A stretch of DNA of 43,600 bases from Candidatus Peribacteria bacterium RIFCSPHIGHO2_02_FULL_53_20 (GCA_001787585.1 MFXW01000005.1:1-43600), one strand, 5' to 3'; positions 34,490-42,532 are shown, counted from the first letter of the stretch. Notes: generated by a model not told the origin, from the letters alone. Made by a program: numbers and translations.

Positions 34490-34940
34490 GTCTCAGGGAC
34501 TATCAGTTGCATGTTGACGCAGCTGAGTCCAGTAAGACCGGTGAGGAGAGGTGTCCTCGGTTCCGTGCCCTCCTTTGGCCTCTTGTTTATCCTCGTAGCC
34601 GTACGAGTTCCCCGTACCGGCGAGCGACAGGTGCGCAGGGCTCCTGGCTGCACTGGGGAGTGGTGGATGCATGGCGCGAAGACCCTCTCATTCGCGGCAC
34701 GATCATCGGAGAGCAAGGAGGGAAAAGGTATTAAGTATTCGGTATTACGTATTAGGTATCGCAAGCGTCATCTTGGGTACGGATACTTAATACCTAATAC
34801 CGAATACTTAATACCTTTTCCCTCCCTACTTGGGCGACCGGTGATGTGAAGGATCTCTTTTGTGTTTGTGTCCGGGGCCCCGGAGTGTTGGTGTTGGATT
34901 TACCAACTTGGGTAAATCACATCATCCTACACCGGGATTT
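34490..34940 (-). ncRNA. Candidate large structured non-coding RNA, class unresolved
   Basis: GC-rich block between A+T-rich flanks. Both long ORFs across it translate to non-protein-like sequence. It holds many local helices, a 109-nt hairpin, and a downstream minus-strand terminator. Ends and strand are tentative. Confidence 0.4.
34717..34825. repeat. 109-nt near-perfect hairpin (31-bp perfect stem + 11-bp extension) built from GGTATTA-like periodic units
   Basis: GGAGGGAAAAGGTATTAAGTATTCGGTATTA...TAATACCGAATACTTAATACCTTTTCCCTCC. The arms were compared base by base. Confidence 0.9.
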
Positions 34941-35166
34941 TGGATCGGCAAATTTCAGGTATTGCGGAGAGAGATAGATTATTTTATGAATACATTTTTT
35001 GTTCGATAGATGGCTTAGGGATTGGTTCATATTCTTAAAATCCAACTCTTGCTTAAATTTTATTAAGTTTTTTAATGCTAAAATACCGGCTCAATGAGGG
35101 TACTTTTCTCAGTAAAATACGAGAAAACTCCTTGAATCTGGCAATGGAGATAATGAAGATACAAAC

Positions 35167-35553
35167 ATGACTGATGACTCTGATGCCAATGATTTTCTCC
35201 TTTCAGATCTTCCTTATGAAAAGGTAGGCGAACCCAATCGTCTTTGTGGGCTCTTCGCTGCTGCAGTACAACGGATGCTCAAGAAAATCGAAGATCAGGG
35301 GCATGAACCCGACCCCATATCATTTCGGTTCTTGCGAACCCAATTTCTCTTTTTGTTCAATACGACAGCGACAGATATGTTTCCTCCGTCTGATCAAATA
35401 CGAGAACTCATTCCTGAATTGACAGAGATTGGTCACAAACTGGAATTGGGAGATGGAGATCCACGAAACCAATCTGACAATACAATCGATAAAACGATTT
35501 TAGGGGAACTGGGAGAATTTCTGGATCGGTACGAAGCTGCATTGCTGGATTAA
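35167..35553 (+). CDS. Hypothetical protein (128 aa)
   Basis: ATG ORF with acidic, protein-like composition and no motif recognised. Confidence 0.45.
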   Translation: MTDDSDANDFLLSDLPYEKVGEPNRLCGLFAAAVQRMLKKIEDQGHEPDPISFRFLRTQFLFLFNTTATDMFPPSDQIRELIPELTEIGHKLELGDGDPRNQSDNTIDKTILGELGEFLDRYEAALLD

Positions 35554-35577
35554 CTTTCTCCCATAAAAACCAAACGA

Positions 35578-36981
35578 GTGGAGACGTGTACAATCGCGCC
35601 CGTGACCAAGCTCACCACACTTCTCGCTGGCAGCATCCTGATCCTGATCGCCGTCGTGTTTGCCTGTGCAGTAGCGCTTCTGGTGATTCCCGGCGTGCAA
35701 ATGCTCCCGCGATACCGGATAGGAGCTGAAGATATCCTGCCGGCGAAAGAGACTGTTCTTCTTCTCCACGATCCTTCGGCAAAAGAATTGCAGCAATGGA
35801 AAACCATCTTCCCCGCGCTCGATGATGTCATCAGCGACGCGGTGCTCGATGCGGTTGCCGTTGTGAAATCCCCAGAGGGGGAAATGCAGAGCGTGGGATT
35901 CATCAAAAAATCCGGAGCATGGGACGGAAAAAGTTGTGACATCGGACCGTATCAAGTGGTCTTTGCTGTCCCCGGCAGATTTCCCTGCAGAGCGATTGAT
36001 ACCTTCCTTGCTCCCGGATCCAGGCTCGCACAGGACCGCGGCTGGAAATCTCTGGGAAGACTGCCGAAGGAATCCTGGGCGTTCCTCCGCCGGGAAGAAG
36101 TGCCTGTTGGGAAAACGCTGCCCGAGCGCGCTCTGCAGGCATCCCTTTTGGGCGGCGCCACGCATCTCCTCTTCCCAGAAGAAAAAGATGTCATCGTGAT
36201 ACGGGCATGGCCCACAAGTCCCCTCTCCCCTTTGGCAGAACCATCGATCATTTCCCCTCTGCGGGATCCCGCGATGGTCCTGACGGTGGGAAATCTGGAA
36301 GAAATGTTGGGCGGACTGGATCACGTCCTTTCTCCTGAAGACCACATCATCTTCGAAGGATCGCTTCTGCAAATGCTTGAAGAGCTCGCCGGACCGCAGG
36401 TGAGTTTGCGCTATGAAATCCTGCCGCTCATTGCGCGAGGATCACAGATCCACACAGGCAAGACAGCTTCCGGCACGCAGTCGATACTTCTCTCGGGAAA
36501 TGCGGACCACACAAAAGATATTGTTACCCGCATCGATGCGTTGCATCGTTCGTTTGCGCTCCGGCACCCCGATGTTGAACTTCTGGAATATGCCTTTGAT
36601 GACGGTCGTTTCCCATTTCAAACGCTGCGCCTCTCCGAAGAGGTATCGAGCGAAGCATCTGATCAAATCCGTGGATGGGCGGTCGTAATCAGCCGGGATG
36701 GAATCGATAATGCCATGCTGATCACGGCCGTCAACGGACGGAAGACTGCCATCAGCAATGATCCGGAACTTCTGCGGAAGTTTCTGATGGAAGAAGGAAA
36801 AATCATTTCCCTTTCCCAGACCAAGCGCCCTCTGGTCAGCCGCATGGTGGCGGGGATGCTGATACCGAATAAATGGCTTGGAAGCGCACCGCTCTGGATC
36901 CCGGAAGCGGGGGAAAGCGTGGTTTCGATGGAACAGACGGGGGACGTGAGGACGGTGCGGGTGGTGGGAATGCATAAATGA
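35578..36981 (+). CDS. Hypothetical N-terminally membrane-anchored protein (467 aa)
   Basis: TM segment LTTLLAGSILILIAVVFACAVALLVIPGV followed by a long soluble, protein-like region. GTG start. Preferred over the antisense 290-aa ORF, which is Arg/Gly/Cys-rich. Confidence 0.6.
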   Translation: METCTIAPVTKLTTLLAGSILILIAVVFACAVALLVIPGVQMLPRYRIGAEDILPAKETVLLLHDPSAKELQQWKTIFPALDDVISDAVLDAVAVVKSPEGEMQSVGFIKKSGAWDGKSCDIGPYQVVFAVPGRFPCRAIDTFLAPGSRLAQDRGWKSLGRLPKESWAFLRREEVPVGKTLPERALQASLLGGATHLLFPEEKDVIVIRAWPTSPLSPLAEPSIISPLRDPAMVLTVGNLEEMLGGLDHVLSPEDHIIFEGSLLQMLEELAGPQVSLRYEILPLIARGSQIHTGKTASGTQSILLSGNADHTKDIVTRIDALHRSFALRHPDVELLEYAFDDGRFPFQTLRLSEEVSSEASDQIRGWAVVISRDGIDNAMLITAVNGRKTAISNDPELLRKFLMEEGKIISLSQTKRPLVSRMVAGMLIPNKWLGSAPLWIPEAGESVVSMEQTGDVRTVRVVGMHK

Positions 36982-36991
36982 GGGAACGCGT

Positions 36992-37087
36992 GTCGTGCTT
37001 CGATACGCGCCGCCATGTCATGCTGAGTAGCCCGAGCGATAGCGAGGGCGTATCGAAGCACGACTGGCGGCGCTACTCAGCATGACA
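36992..37087. repeat. Interleaved inverted repeats A-B-A'-B' (17-bp and 16-bp perfect complements)
   Basis: A is GTCGTGCTTCGATACGC (36992-37008) and A' is GCGTATCGAAGCACGAC (37048-37064). B is TGTCATGCTGAGTAGC (37016-37031) and B' is GCTACTCAGCATGACA (37072-37087). Confidence 0.9.
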
Positions 37088-37094
37088 CGCTGAT

Positions 37095-37138
37095 TTTTCA
37101 ATTTTCCCATTTTCAATTTTCCATTTTCAATTCTTCCC
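37095..37138. repeat. Three tandem 14-15-nt units (TTTTCAATTTTCC(C)A) upstream of secF
   Basis: Units at 37095-37109, 37110-37123 and 37124-37138 (the last is degenerate). The array ends 15 nt before the secF ATG. Confidence 0.85.
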
Positions 37139-37153
37139 GCTACCCTTTCCCCG

Positions 37154-38065
37154 ATGTCCTTCCTCCACCTCTCCAAATTCTTCATCCCCCTCTCGCTCCT
37201 GCTCGTTGCCGGAAGTATCTTTCTTATGATCCAGCCGGGACCAGAGTTCAGCATCGAATTCACCGGCGGGACGCTCGTGGAACTCAAACTTCCGGAGGGA
37301 GAAACGAAAGATGATCTCGTCTCGGCAGTGCAGGCATTCACACCCTCAACCGGAATCGCCTTCGGCAACATCGCTTCCGCATCGACGAAAGACGGCACGG
37401 TGATGCTCCGGATGCGCAACCTTTCCAATGAAGAACACGTCGAACTCCTCGGACATCTCCAAACCGGATCACAGGAAATCCGAGAGCTCCAGTACACAAC
37501 TATCGGTCCGACGGTCGGGGCATCCCTCAAGAAGCGTGCCGGCTGGGCACTCATTGTCGCATCGCTAGCAATCATCATCTACCTCGCTGCGGCCTTTCGG
37601 AAAATTCCGGGTCGCATGTCCCCGTGGAGCTTCGGCATCGCAGCGGTTGTCGCGCTCCTCCACGACATCATCATCACCGTCGGCGTCTTCATCATCATCG
37701 GATGGTATACGACCTTCGAAGTGGACACCCTCTATGTCTCCGCGCTCCTTTCGATCATGGGATATTCGGTGAATGACACGATCGTCATCTTCGACCGTAT
37801 CCGCAGTAATCTCATAACGGACGGCAAGCGTGAGTCCCTGGAATCCATCGTGGACAGAAGCCTCCTCGAAACCCTGACACGGACGATGAACACCGGTATC
37901 GGCGCACTCATCATGCTCCTCGTGCTCTTTTTCTTCGCCGCGGAAAGCATTCGCTGGTTCATCCTCACGCTGATCGTCGGAACGATCATCGGAACGTACT
38001 CCTCCTTCTTTGTAGCCAGCCCCATGCTTGTTTGGTGGCAGAAGAGGCGTGGAAGGAAAACCTGA
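37154..38065 (+). CDS. secF: Protein-export membrane protein SecF
   Basis: IEFTGGTLVELK, TIGPTVGASLKKRA, LLHDIIITVGVF and GYSVNDTIVIFDRIR are the canonical SecF motifs, with six hydrophobic segments. Confidence 0.9.
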   Translation: MSFLHLSKFFIPLSLLLVAGSIFLMIQPGPEFSIEFTGGTLVELKLPEGETKDDLVSAVQAFTPSTGIAFGNIASASTKDGTVMLRMRNLSNEEHVELLGHLQTGSQEIRELQYTTIGPTVGASLKKRAGWALIVASLAIIIYLAAAFRKIPGRMSPWSFGIAAVVALLHDIIITVGVFIIIGWYTTFEVDTLYVSALLSIMGYSVNDTIVIFDRIRSNLITDGKRESLESIVDRSLLETLTRTMNTGIGALIMLLVLFFFAAESIRWFILTLIVGTIIGTYSSFFVASPMLVWWQKRRGRKT

Positions 38066-38080
38066 CGGTTTCCCTTCCAC
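38049..38080 (+). terminator. 14-bp hairpin (GTGGAAGGAAAACC-TGAC-GGTTTCCCTTCCAC) with the secF stop codon in its loop
   Basis: One A.C mismatch. TGA at 38063-38065 lies in the tetraloop. The stem sequence is related to hairpin 2 of the 34359/39383 repeat family. No clear T-run. Confidence 0.45.
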
Positions 38081-38112
38081 GAACCATCCCATCCCTTTAC
38101 TCTCCCTCGGCA

Positions 38113-39387
38113 ATGACTCCCCAGATCACGATCAAGCGTTTACCGAAGGCAAAAATTGAATGCCGCGCGGTCTTTACTGCAGAAGAAACTGCGGGGGCCG
38201 AGAAGCGCGCATTGGAAGCCATCGGCACACAAACAAATCTGCCGGGATTCCGTCCGGGAAAAGCACCCGCAGAGCTTGTACGGGAGAAAGCAGACCCAGA
38301 AAAACTCCTGGAGGAAACCGTGCGCGTGCTCCTGCCGGATGTGATGCAGTCAGCGATCAAAGAACACCAGATCGCGCCGATTATTCCGCCAAATGCAGCA
38401 ATCGAGAAGACCTCTCCCCTGTCCATTGTTCTTACATTCATTGAGCGCCCGAAGGTTTCTGTAAAAGCGGGAAAGATCAAGGTCGAGAAGAAAGAGATGA
38501 AGATCGAAGACAAGGACATTGATCGCATGATCGAGTCGCTGATGGTGGAACATCAGATCAGCACTGCCGTTGAGCGCGCGGCCGCGTCCGGCGATCGTCT
38601 CATGCTCGACGTCCGCGGAGAGGACGATAAGGGGACACTCATTCCCGGAAGCGAAATGAAAGGACGGCCGGTCGTGATCGGGAGCAAAGCGCTGATCCCG
38701 GGATTCGAAGATCAGCTCGTGGGACTTAAGACCGGCGACAAGAAGAGCTTCCCGCTGAAGTTTCCGGAGAAATACCACGCCGAGCATCTCGCAGGGACGC
38801 CCGTGACATTTCACGTCGAAGTGAAGTCCGTGGAAGAAGTGAAAAGCCCCGAACTCAGTGATGCCTTTGTGAAAGAGAAATTCCAGATGGAAAATGCCGC
38901 AGCTCTCAAGGATCGCATTCATTCAGGGATGAAAGAGCAGGAAGACCGCATCGAGAAGCAGCGCCGCGAGGGCTCGCTTTTTGAGGCAATCCTCAAGGCA
39001 ACAAGCGTGGATCTCGCCGATGAACTGATCGAAGACGAATTTAGAAATCTCATCGAGGATTTCGCGGGCTCGCTCAAGGAACAAGGCATGACACTCGAGC
39101 AATGGATGGAGAAATCCAAGAAAACCGCAAAAGACCTAGAAGCGGATATGCGCAAGCGTGCGACAGAACGACTGACTCTGCGCATGGGCATTCAACAGTT
39201 GATTCAGGACAAAGAGATCACGGTTTCCGACGATGATATGCACAAGGCGATCCAGGAGCTGGTCTCGCAATTAGATACGGAAAAACGGCTGGAGATCGCA
39301 CCGCTGTATGCCAAAGGCGCAAAGAATTACGAGCAATTAAAATGGCAGAAGATGGTGGAGAAGTTGATGGAGGAGTTGCTTTCATGA
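38113..39387 (+). CDS. tig: Trigger factor
   Basis: N-terminal ribosome-binding region NLPGFRPGKAPAELV, FKBP-type PPIase IPGFEDQLVGLKTGDKKSF, and a long helical C-terminal domain. ATG 38113; the track start is TTG. Confidence 0.9.
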   Translation: MTPQITIKRLPKAKIECRAVFTAEETAGAEKRALEAIGTQTNLPGFRPGKAPAELVREKADPEKLLEETVRVLLPDVMQSAIKEHQIAPIIPPNAAIEKTSPLSIVLTFIERPKVSVKAGKIKVEKKEMKIEDKDIDRMIESLMVEHQISTAVERAAASGDRLMLDVRGEDDKGTLIPGSEMKGRPVVIGSKALIPGFEDQLVGLKTGDKKSFPLKFPEKYHAEHLAGTPVTFHVEVKSVEEVKSPELSDAFVKEKFQMENAAALKDRIHSGMKEQEDRIEKQRREGSLFEAILKATSVDLADELIEDEFRNLIEDFAGSLKEQGMTLEQWMEKSKKTAKDLEADMRKRATERLTLRMGIQQLIQDKEITVSDDDMHKAIQELVSQLDTEKRLEIAPLYAKGAKNYEQLKWQKMVEKLMEELLS

Positions 39388-39469
39388 AAGGAAAACCTAC
39401 GGTTTTCCTCTCATGGGCTCTCCTTTCCCTAAGAAGAGGCGCTCCAGTCGGGCAAAGCCCGACTTCGCG
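39383..39469 (-). repeat. ~87-nt two-hairpin intergenic repeat, copy B (inverted relative to copy A)
   Basis: Its reverse complement aligns to 34359-34444, with paired substitutions in hairpin 1 (GCCTGG/CCAGGC versus GTCGGG/CCCGAC). The tig stop (39385-39387) lies inside it. Confidence 0.9.
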
Positions 39470-39518
39470 CATTTTTTCATACGGATGCCTTTGAACAAGA
39501 TACTATGCATTCATCCTG

Positions 39519-40280
39519 ATGAAACAACCTCCCAAAACCATCGTCGCCATCGGCGGAGGCATTATCCGCAAGGCTTCCACACTGGCAATCGACCAAGAGA
39601 TCATTCGACTTTCTAGAAAGAAACATCCGAAGCTTCTTTTCCTTCCTACGGCAATGTCCGACAGCAGGCTGTACTGGAAATACGTCGATCTCTATTTCGG
39701 AAAACGCTTGGGATGCCGCACCGATGTCCTGTATCTGCTGAATAATGCATCCTCTCCTTCCGAGATCCGCAAAAAAATCCTGGGTGCCGATATCATCTAC
39801 GTCGGCGGGGGTAATACCTTGAAGATGATGAAGCTCTGGCGGCAACTCGGCATTGATCGTCTGCTGCGCGTCGCATGGAATCAGGGCATCGTGCTCTGCG
39901 GTGTGAGTGCCGGATCCATCTGCTGGTTTGAGTCAGGTCACAGCGATTCCCTCTCCTTTTATAATCCTAAGCGATGGAAATATATCAATGTCCGGGGACT
40001 TGGGTTTCTTAAGGGAATCCACTGCCCGCATTTCGATGGTCACACCCTCCATCTACCGAGAAAAAAATATTTTGAACGGATGATCGGGAAGATCGGTGGG
40101 ATGGGGATTGCCATAGAAAACAACTGCGCCATTGCATTTATAGACGATGGCTATCGCGTCATTCCTGCGAAAAAGAATGCGGGTGCGTACCGGGTGTTTA
40201 AGCGGAAAGGAAAAGTGGTGACGGAGCGAATACCAAAAGAAAGCGGTCTAAAGCCAATTGCCTCGTTATTCATGAAATAG
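39519..40280 (+). CDS. Peptidase S51 family (dipeptidase E / cyanophycinase-like)
   Basis: IVAIGGG, ADIIYVGGGNTLKMMKLW, and the nucleophile-elbow GVSAGSICWFESGHSDS. Confidence 0.8.
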   Translation: MKQPPKTIVAIGGGIIRKASTLAIDQEIIRLSRKKHPKLLFLPTAMSDSRLYWKYVDLYFGKRLGCRTDVLYLLNNASSPSEIRKKILGADIIYVGGGNTLKMMKLWRQLGIDRLLRVAWNQGIVLCGVSAGSICWFESGHSDSLSFYNPKRWKYINVRGLGFLKGIHCPHFDGHTLHLPRKKYFERMIGKIGGMGIAIENNCAIAFIDDGYRVIPAKKNAGAYRVFKRKGKVVTERIPKESGLKPIASLFMK

Positions 40281-40357
40281 CATTCTCCCAGCAGCACCCC
40301 TACTGGGGTGCGGAAATATGTAATACATCCATCGCCGCACGCCAGCAGGCGGTGCGG

Positions 40358-42244
40358 CTATTTCCACCATATTTTGACCCTCCTCCCTTTGCTCGCATTT
40401 TTGAACATTTTGCATTCGCCGCGATGCACCATCACCGCTCCGGTGCGACCGATGACACCGGCGATATCGCCGTGGGGCCACTCCTGCGGCTCGCAGCATT
40501 TGGCATAGCGCACGGGCATGGGGACATTGCCCTCAATGCCAACAACGGTTTCCCGGCGGGAACTGCGGACGACGCGACCCGGAAGATCATGAATCAATTT
40601 CCCTTGGAGAGCATCGAAATGCGTGAGTGCGGTTGCTACCTTTTCCGCCCCCTGACCGATCTTCATGAGCATATCTTCGCGCCGTTCTTTGGAAAGTTTT
40701 TCCCCGTCATACAATTTGAGAACACTCAAATCCGTATCGAGTACGGGTAGATGGAATCGGAGTAGTTCGGCATTCAGGAGTTCCCTCCCCCGACCGATGA
40801 GTTGCGGTCGCTGCTGTGCATAGAGGTAACGCTTGAGTTTGCTTTTCGATGACGCAGTCTTCAGCAGCTGCAGCCACTGCGAGGAAGGCTCCGGGATTTT
40901 CCTCTTCATGATCTCCACCACATCGCCGTTTTGCAGCGCATAGTTGAGTGGAACGATCGTGCCGTTCACGCGCGCGGCACGGAAGGCAAGACCGAGATCC
41001 GTGTGTACCTGAAAAGCGAAGTCGAGTGGTGTTGCCCCCTCCGGAAGTTCCACGATGTCCCCGCGCGGCGTGAGGATGAAGATGTGATCGACAAGTACAT
41101 CCTTCCCCGTACCTTGCTCGACAGATTGCTGCGACGAAAGTAAACGCTGAAGCTGCGCCTGTGCGAGCGCGTGCGCCGTGCGCGATCCCTTCTCTTTGTA
41201 ACTCCAGTGTGCGGCCACACCGTACTGGGCTTCTCGGTGCATCGCGGCAGTGCGAATCTGCACCTCGACGAAGACCCCTTCGGGGACATGGGGAATCTGC
41301 GCGAGTGTGGTGTGGAGACTCTGGTAGCCGTTGGGCTTGGGAAATGCGATGTAGTCCTTGAACCGGTTGGCGATGGGACGACCGAGACGGTGGAGCAGCC
41401 CCAGCGCTTGGTAGCACTCGGCCTCGGAAGAGACGATCACCCGGAGCGCGAAGAGATCATAGACATCGCCGACGTGCGTGACGCTCCTGCTGCGCATCTT
41501 CGAGAAAATGCTATAGAGCTGCTTCTGGCGCGCGTCGACCGTGGTATCAATAGCGTTCTCGGCAAGATAGCCGCGCACAAACGCCGCAGACTGCTCCAGA
41601 AATTTACCCTTCTCCTCCATGACACGGGAAAGCTGATCCTGAATGCGCTCCGCTTCCCCGGGATACACCATCGGGAACGCGCGCTCCTCGAGCTCACGCT
41701 TCAGCGCATAGATACCGAGACGCGATGCGACGGGCGCAAAGAGCTGGAGGACATCCTGGGAGAGTTTTTTTCCTACGGGGCGCGGGAGATCTGCGACGTG
41801 GCGAAGCAGCGCGCAGCGATCGCAAAGCGCGATGAGTACGGTGCGCACATCGTCGGAAACGGTGAGGAGAATGAGCCGGAGATCATCGATGGAATGGCGA
41901 CGATCATGCACCGTCACGTACCCGAGCAGATGCACCCCACCAATAAGTGAGCGGACACGGGTTCCGAAGCGATCTTCGAGTTCTCCGAACGTCATGCCCT
42001 TCAGCGCAAGGACATGGTGCAGAAGCGTCGCAATCACGGCATCTTCATCGGGCTCGAAGGGAAGCAGCGTCTCGAGGACTTCAAGAACGTGCGTGAGGAC
42101 AGGAACACCGGACCAATGCATCTCATTCCGATACAGATTCTCCGCAATGGCATACGCCTTTTCCACACGCTCGCCCTGAAGCTCCTTACCGGAAGCCCGG
42201 ATCCTCTCCAGAAGCGCCTGGGGATCGGTGACACGCGAGTCCAT
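40358..42244 (-). CDS. relA: Long RelA/SpoT homologue: degenerate hydrolase domain, intact synthetase, TGS and ACT-like C-terminus
   Basis: Synthetase: KDYIAFPKPNGYQSLHTTL and VEVQIRTAAMHREAQYGVAAHWSYKE. TGS: IFILTPRGDIVELPEGATPLDFAFQVHTDLG. HD region reads TLLHHVLALKG and CDRCALLRHV instead of LLHDVxEDT and ADRLHNM. ATG at 42244. Confidence 0.9.
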   Translation of the reverse strand: MDSRVTDPQALLERIRASGKELQGERVEKAYAIAENLYRNEMHWSGVPVLTHVLEVLETLLPFEPDEDAVIATLLHHVLALKGMTFGELEDRFGTRVRSLIGGVHLLGYVTVHDRRHSIDDLRLILLTVSDDVRTVLIALCDRCALLRHVADLPRPVGKKLSQDVLQLFAPVASRLGIYALKRELEERAFPMVYPGEAERIQDQLSRVMEEKGKFLEQSAAFVRGYLAENAIDTTVDARQKQLYSIFSKMRSRSVTHVGDVYDLFALRVIVSSEAECYQALGLLHRLGRPIANRFKDYIAFPKPNGYQSLHTTLAQIPHVPEGVFVEVQIRTAAMHREAQYGVAAHWSYKEKGSRTAHALAQAQLQRLLSSQQSVEQGTGKDVLVDHIFILTPRGDIVELPEGATPLDFAFQVHTDLGLAFRAARVNGTIVPLNYALQNGDVVEIMKRKIPEPSSQWLQLLKTASSKSKLKRYLYAQQRPQLIGRGRELLNAELLRFHLPVLDTDLSVLKLYDGEKLSKERREDMLMKIGQGAEKVATALTHFDALQGKLIHDLPGRVVRSSRRETVVGIEGNVPMPVRYAKCCEPQEWPHGDIAGVIGRTGAVMVHRGECKMFKNASKGRRVKIWWK

Positions 42245-42399
42245 AGAGATAGGACTATAGAATTTGGGAGGGGTGTGGGCAATGTATAGAGGGCAGGAAA
42301 AGACAGAAAAACTATCGCACCACACTCTTTTTTCTCAAGAATTTCTTGACCGCTCGATGAATCTGAGTACACTCTCTTCGTCCGAAGACCGAGGGCATT

Positions 42400-42532
42400 A
42401 GGCTGATGGCCGAAGGTAAGTCCCTCCGAGGCATACAGCATCGATCACCCGGCTCCGGCTTGTTGAACCGTGCCGTGTGCCTCGCTGGTCTCCCGGACGT
42501 ACTAGGGAGACCTTTTTTATAACCCCATTATT
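42400..42532 (+). promoter_or_regulatory. Putative rplJ (L10) leader
   Basis: A structured GC-rich untranslated segment directly upstream of rplJ that ends in an intrinsic-terminator-like hairpin. The position matches L10-leader attenuators known from other bacteria. No sequence-level match verified. Confidence 0.35.
42487..42518 (+). terminator. Terminator/attenuator hairpin GGTCTCCC-N10-GGGAGACC + TTTTTT, 14 nt upstream of the rplJ ATG
   Basis: 8-bp perfect stem (42487-42494 / 42505-42512) followed by T6 (42513-42518). Confidence 0.55.

Noticed and set aside
34216-34849. ORFs 34216-34764 (-) and 34373-34849 (+) across the repeat/ncRNA region
   Set aside because: Both read through palindromes and repeat elements. 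They give Arg/Pro/Cys-rich peptides with no start context, and are better explained as structured non-coding DNA or RNA.
34490-34940. Identification of the GC-rich block as RNase P RNA, tmRNA or SRP RNA
   Set aside because: A few short stretches resemble RNase P segments (CCAGTGCAGCC; CAAGAGGCCAAAGGAGGG; ACCGGTCTTAC). However, they are in the wrong order, and the universal GAGGAAAGUCC and GGUAAGAGC elements are absent. There is no tRNA-like GGUUCGA...CCACCA end (tmRNA) and no GGAAGCAGC helix-8 motif (SRP). Left unclassified.
35500-36372. 290-aa minus-strand ORF overlapping 35578-36981
   Set aside because: Its composition (many R, G, C, F) is not protein-like, and it would overlap the end of 35167-35553. 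The plus-strand ORF has a TM anchor and balanced composition. Neither has a recognised motif, so the plus-strand call is only moderately confident.
35578-36981. Possibility that the gene upstream of secF is secD
   Set aside because: It has a single N-terminal TM segment only, with no C-terminal six-TM bundle and no SecD motifs. SecD is therefore not adjacent to secF in this window.
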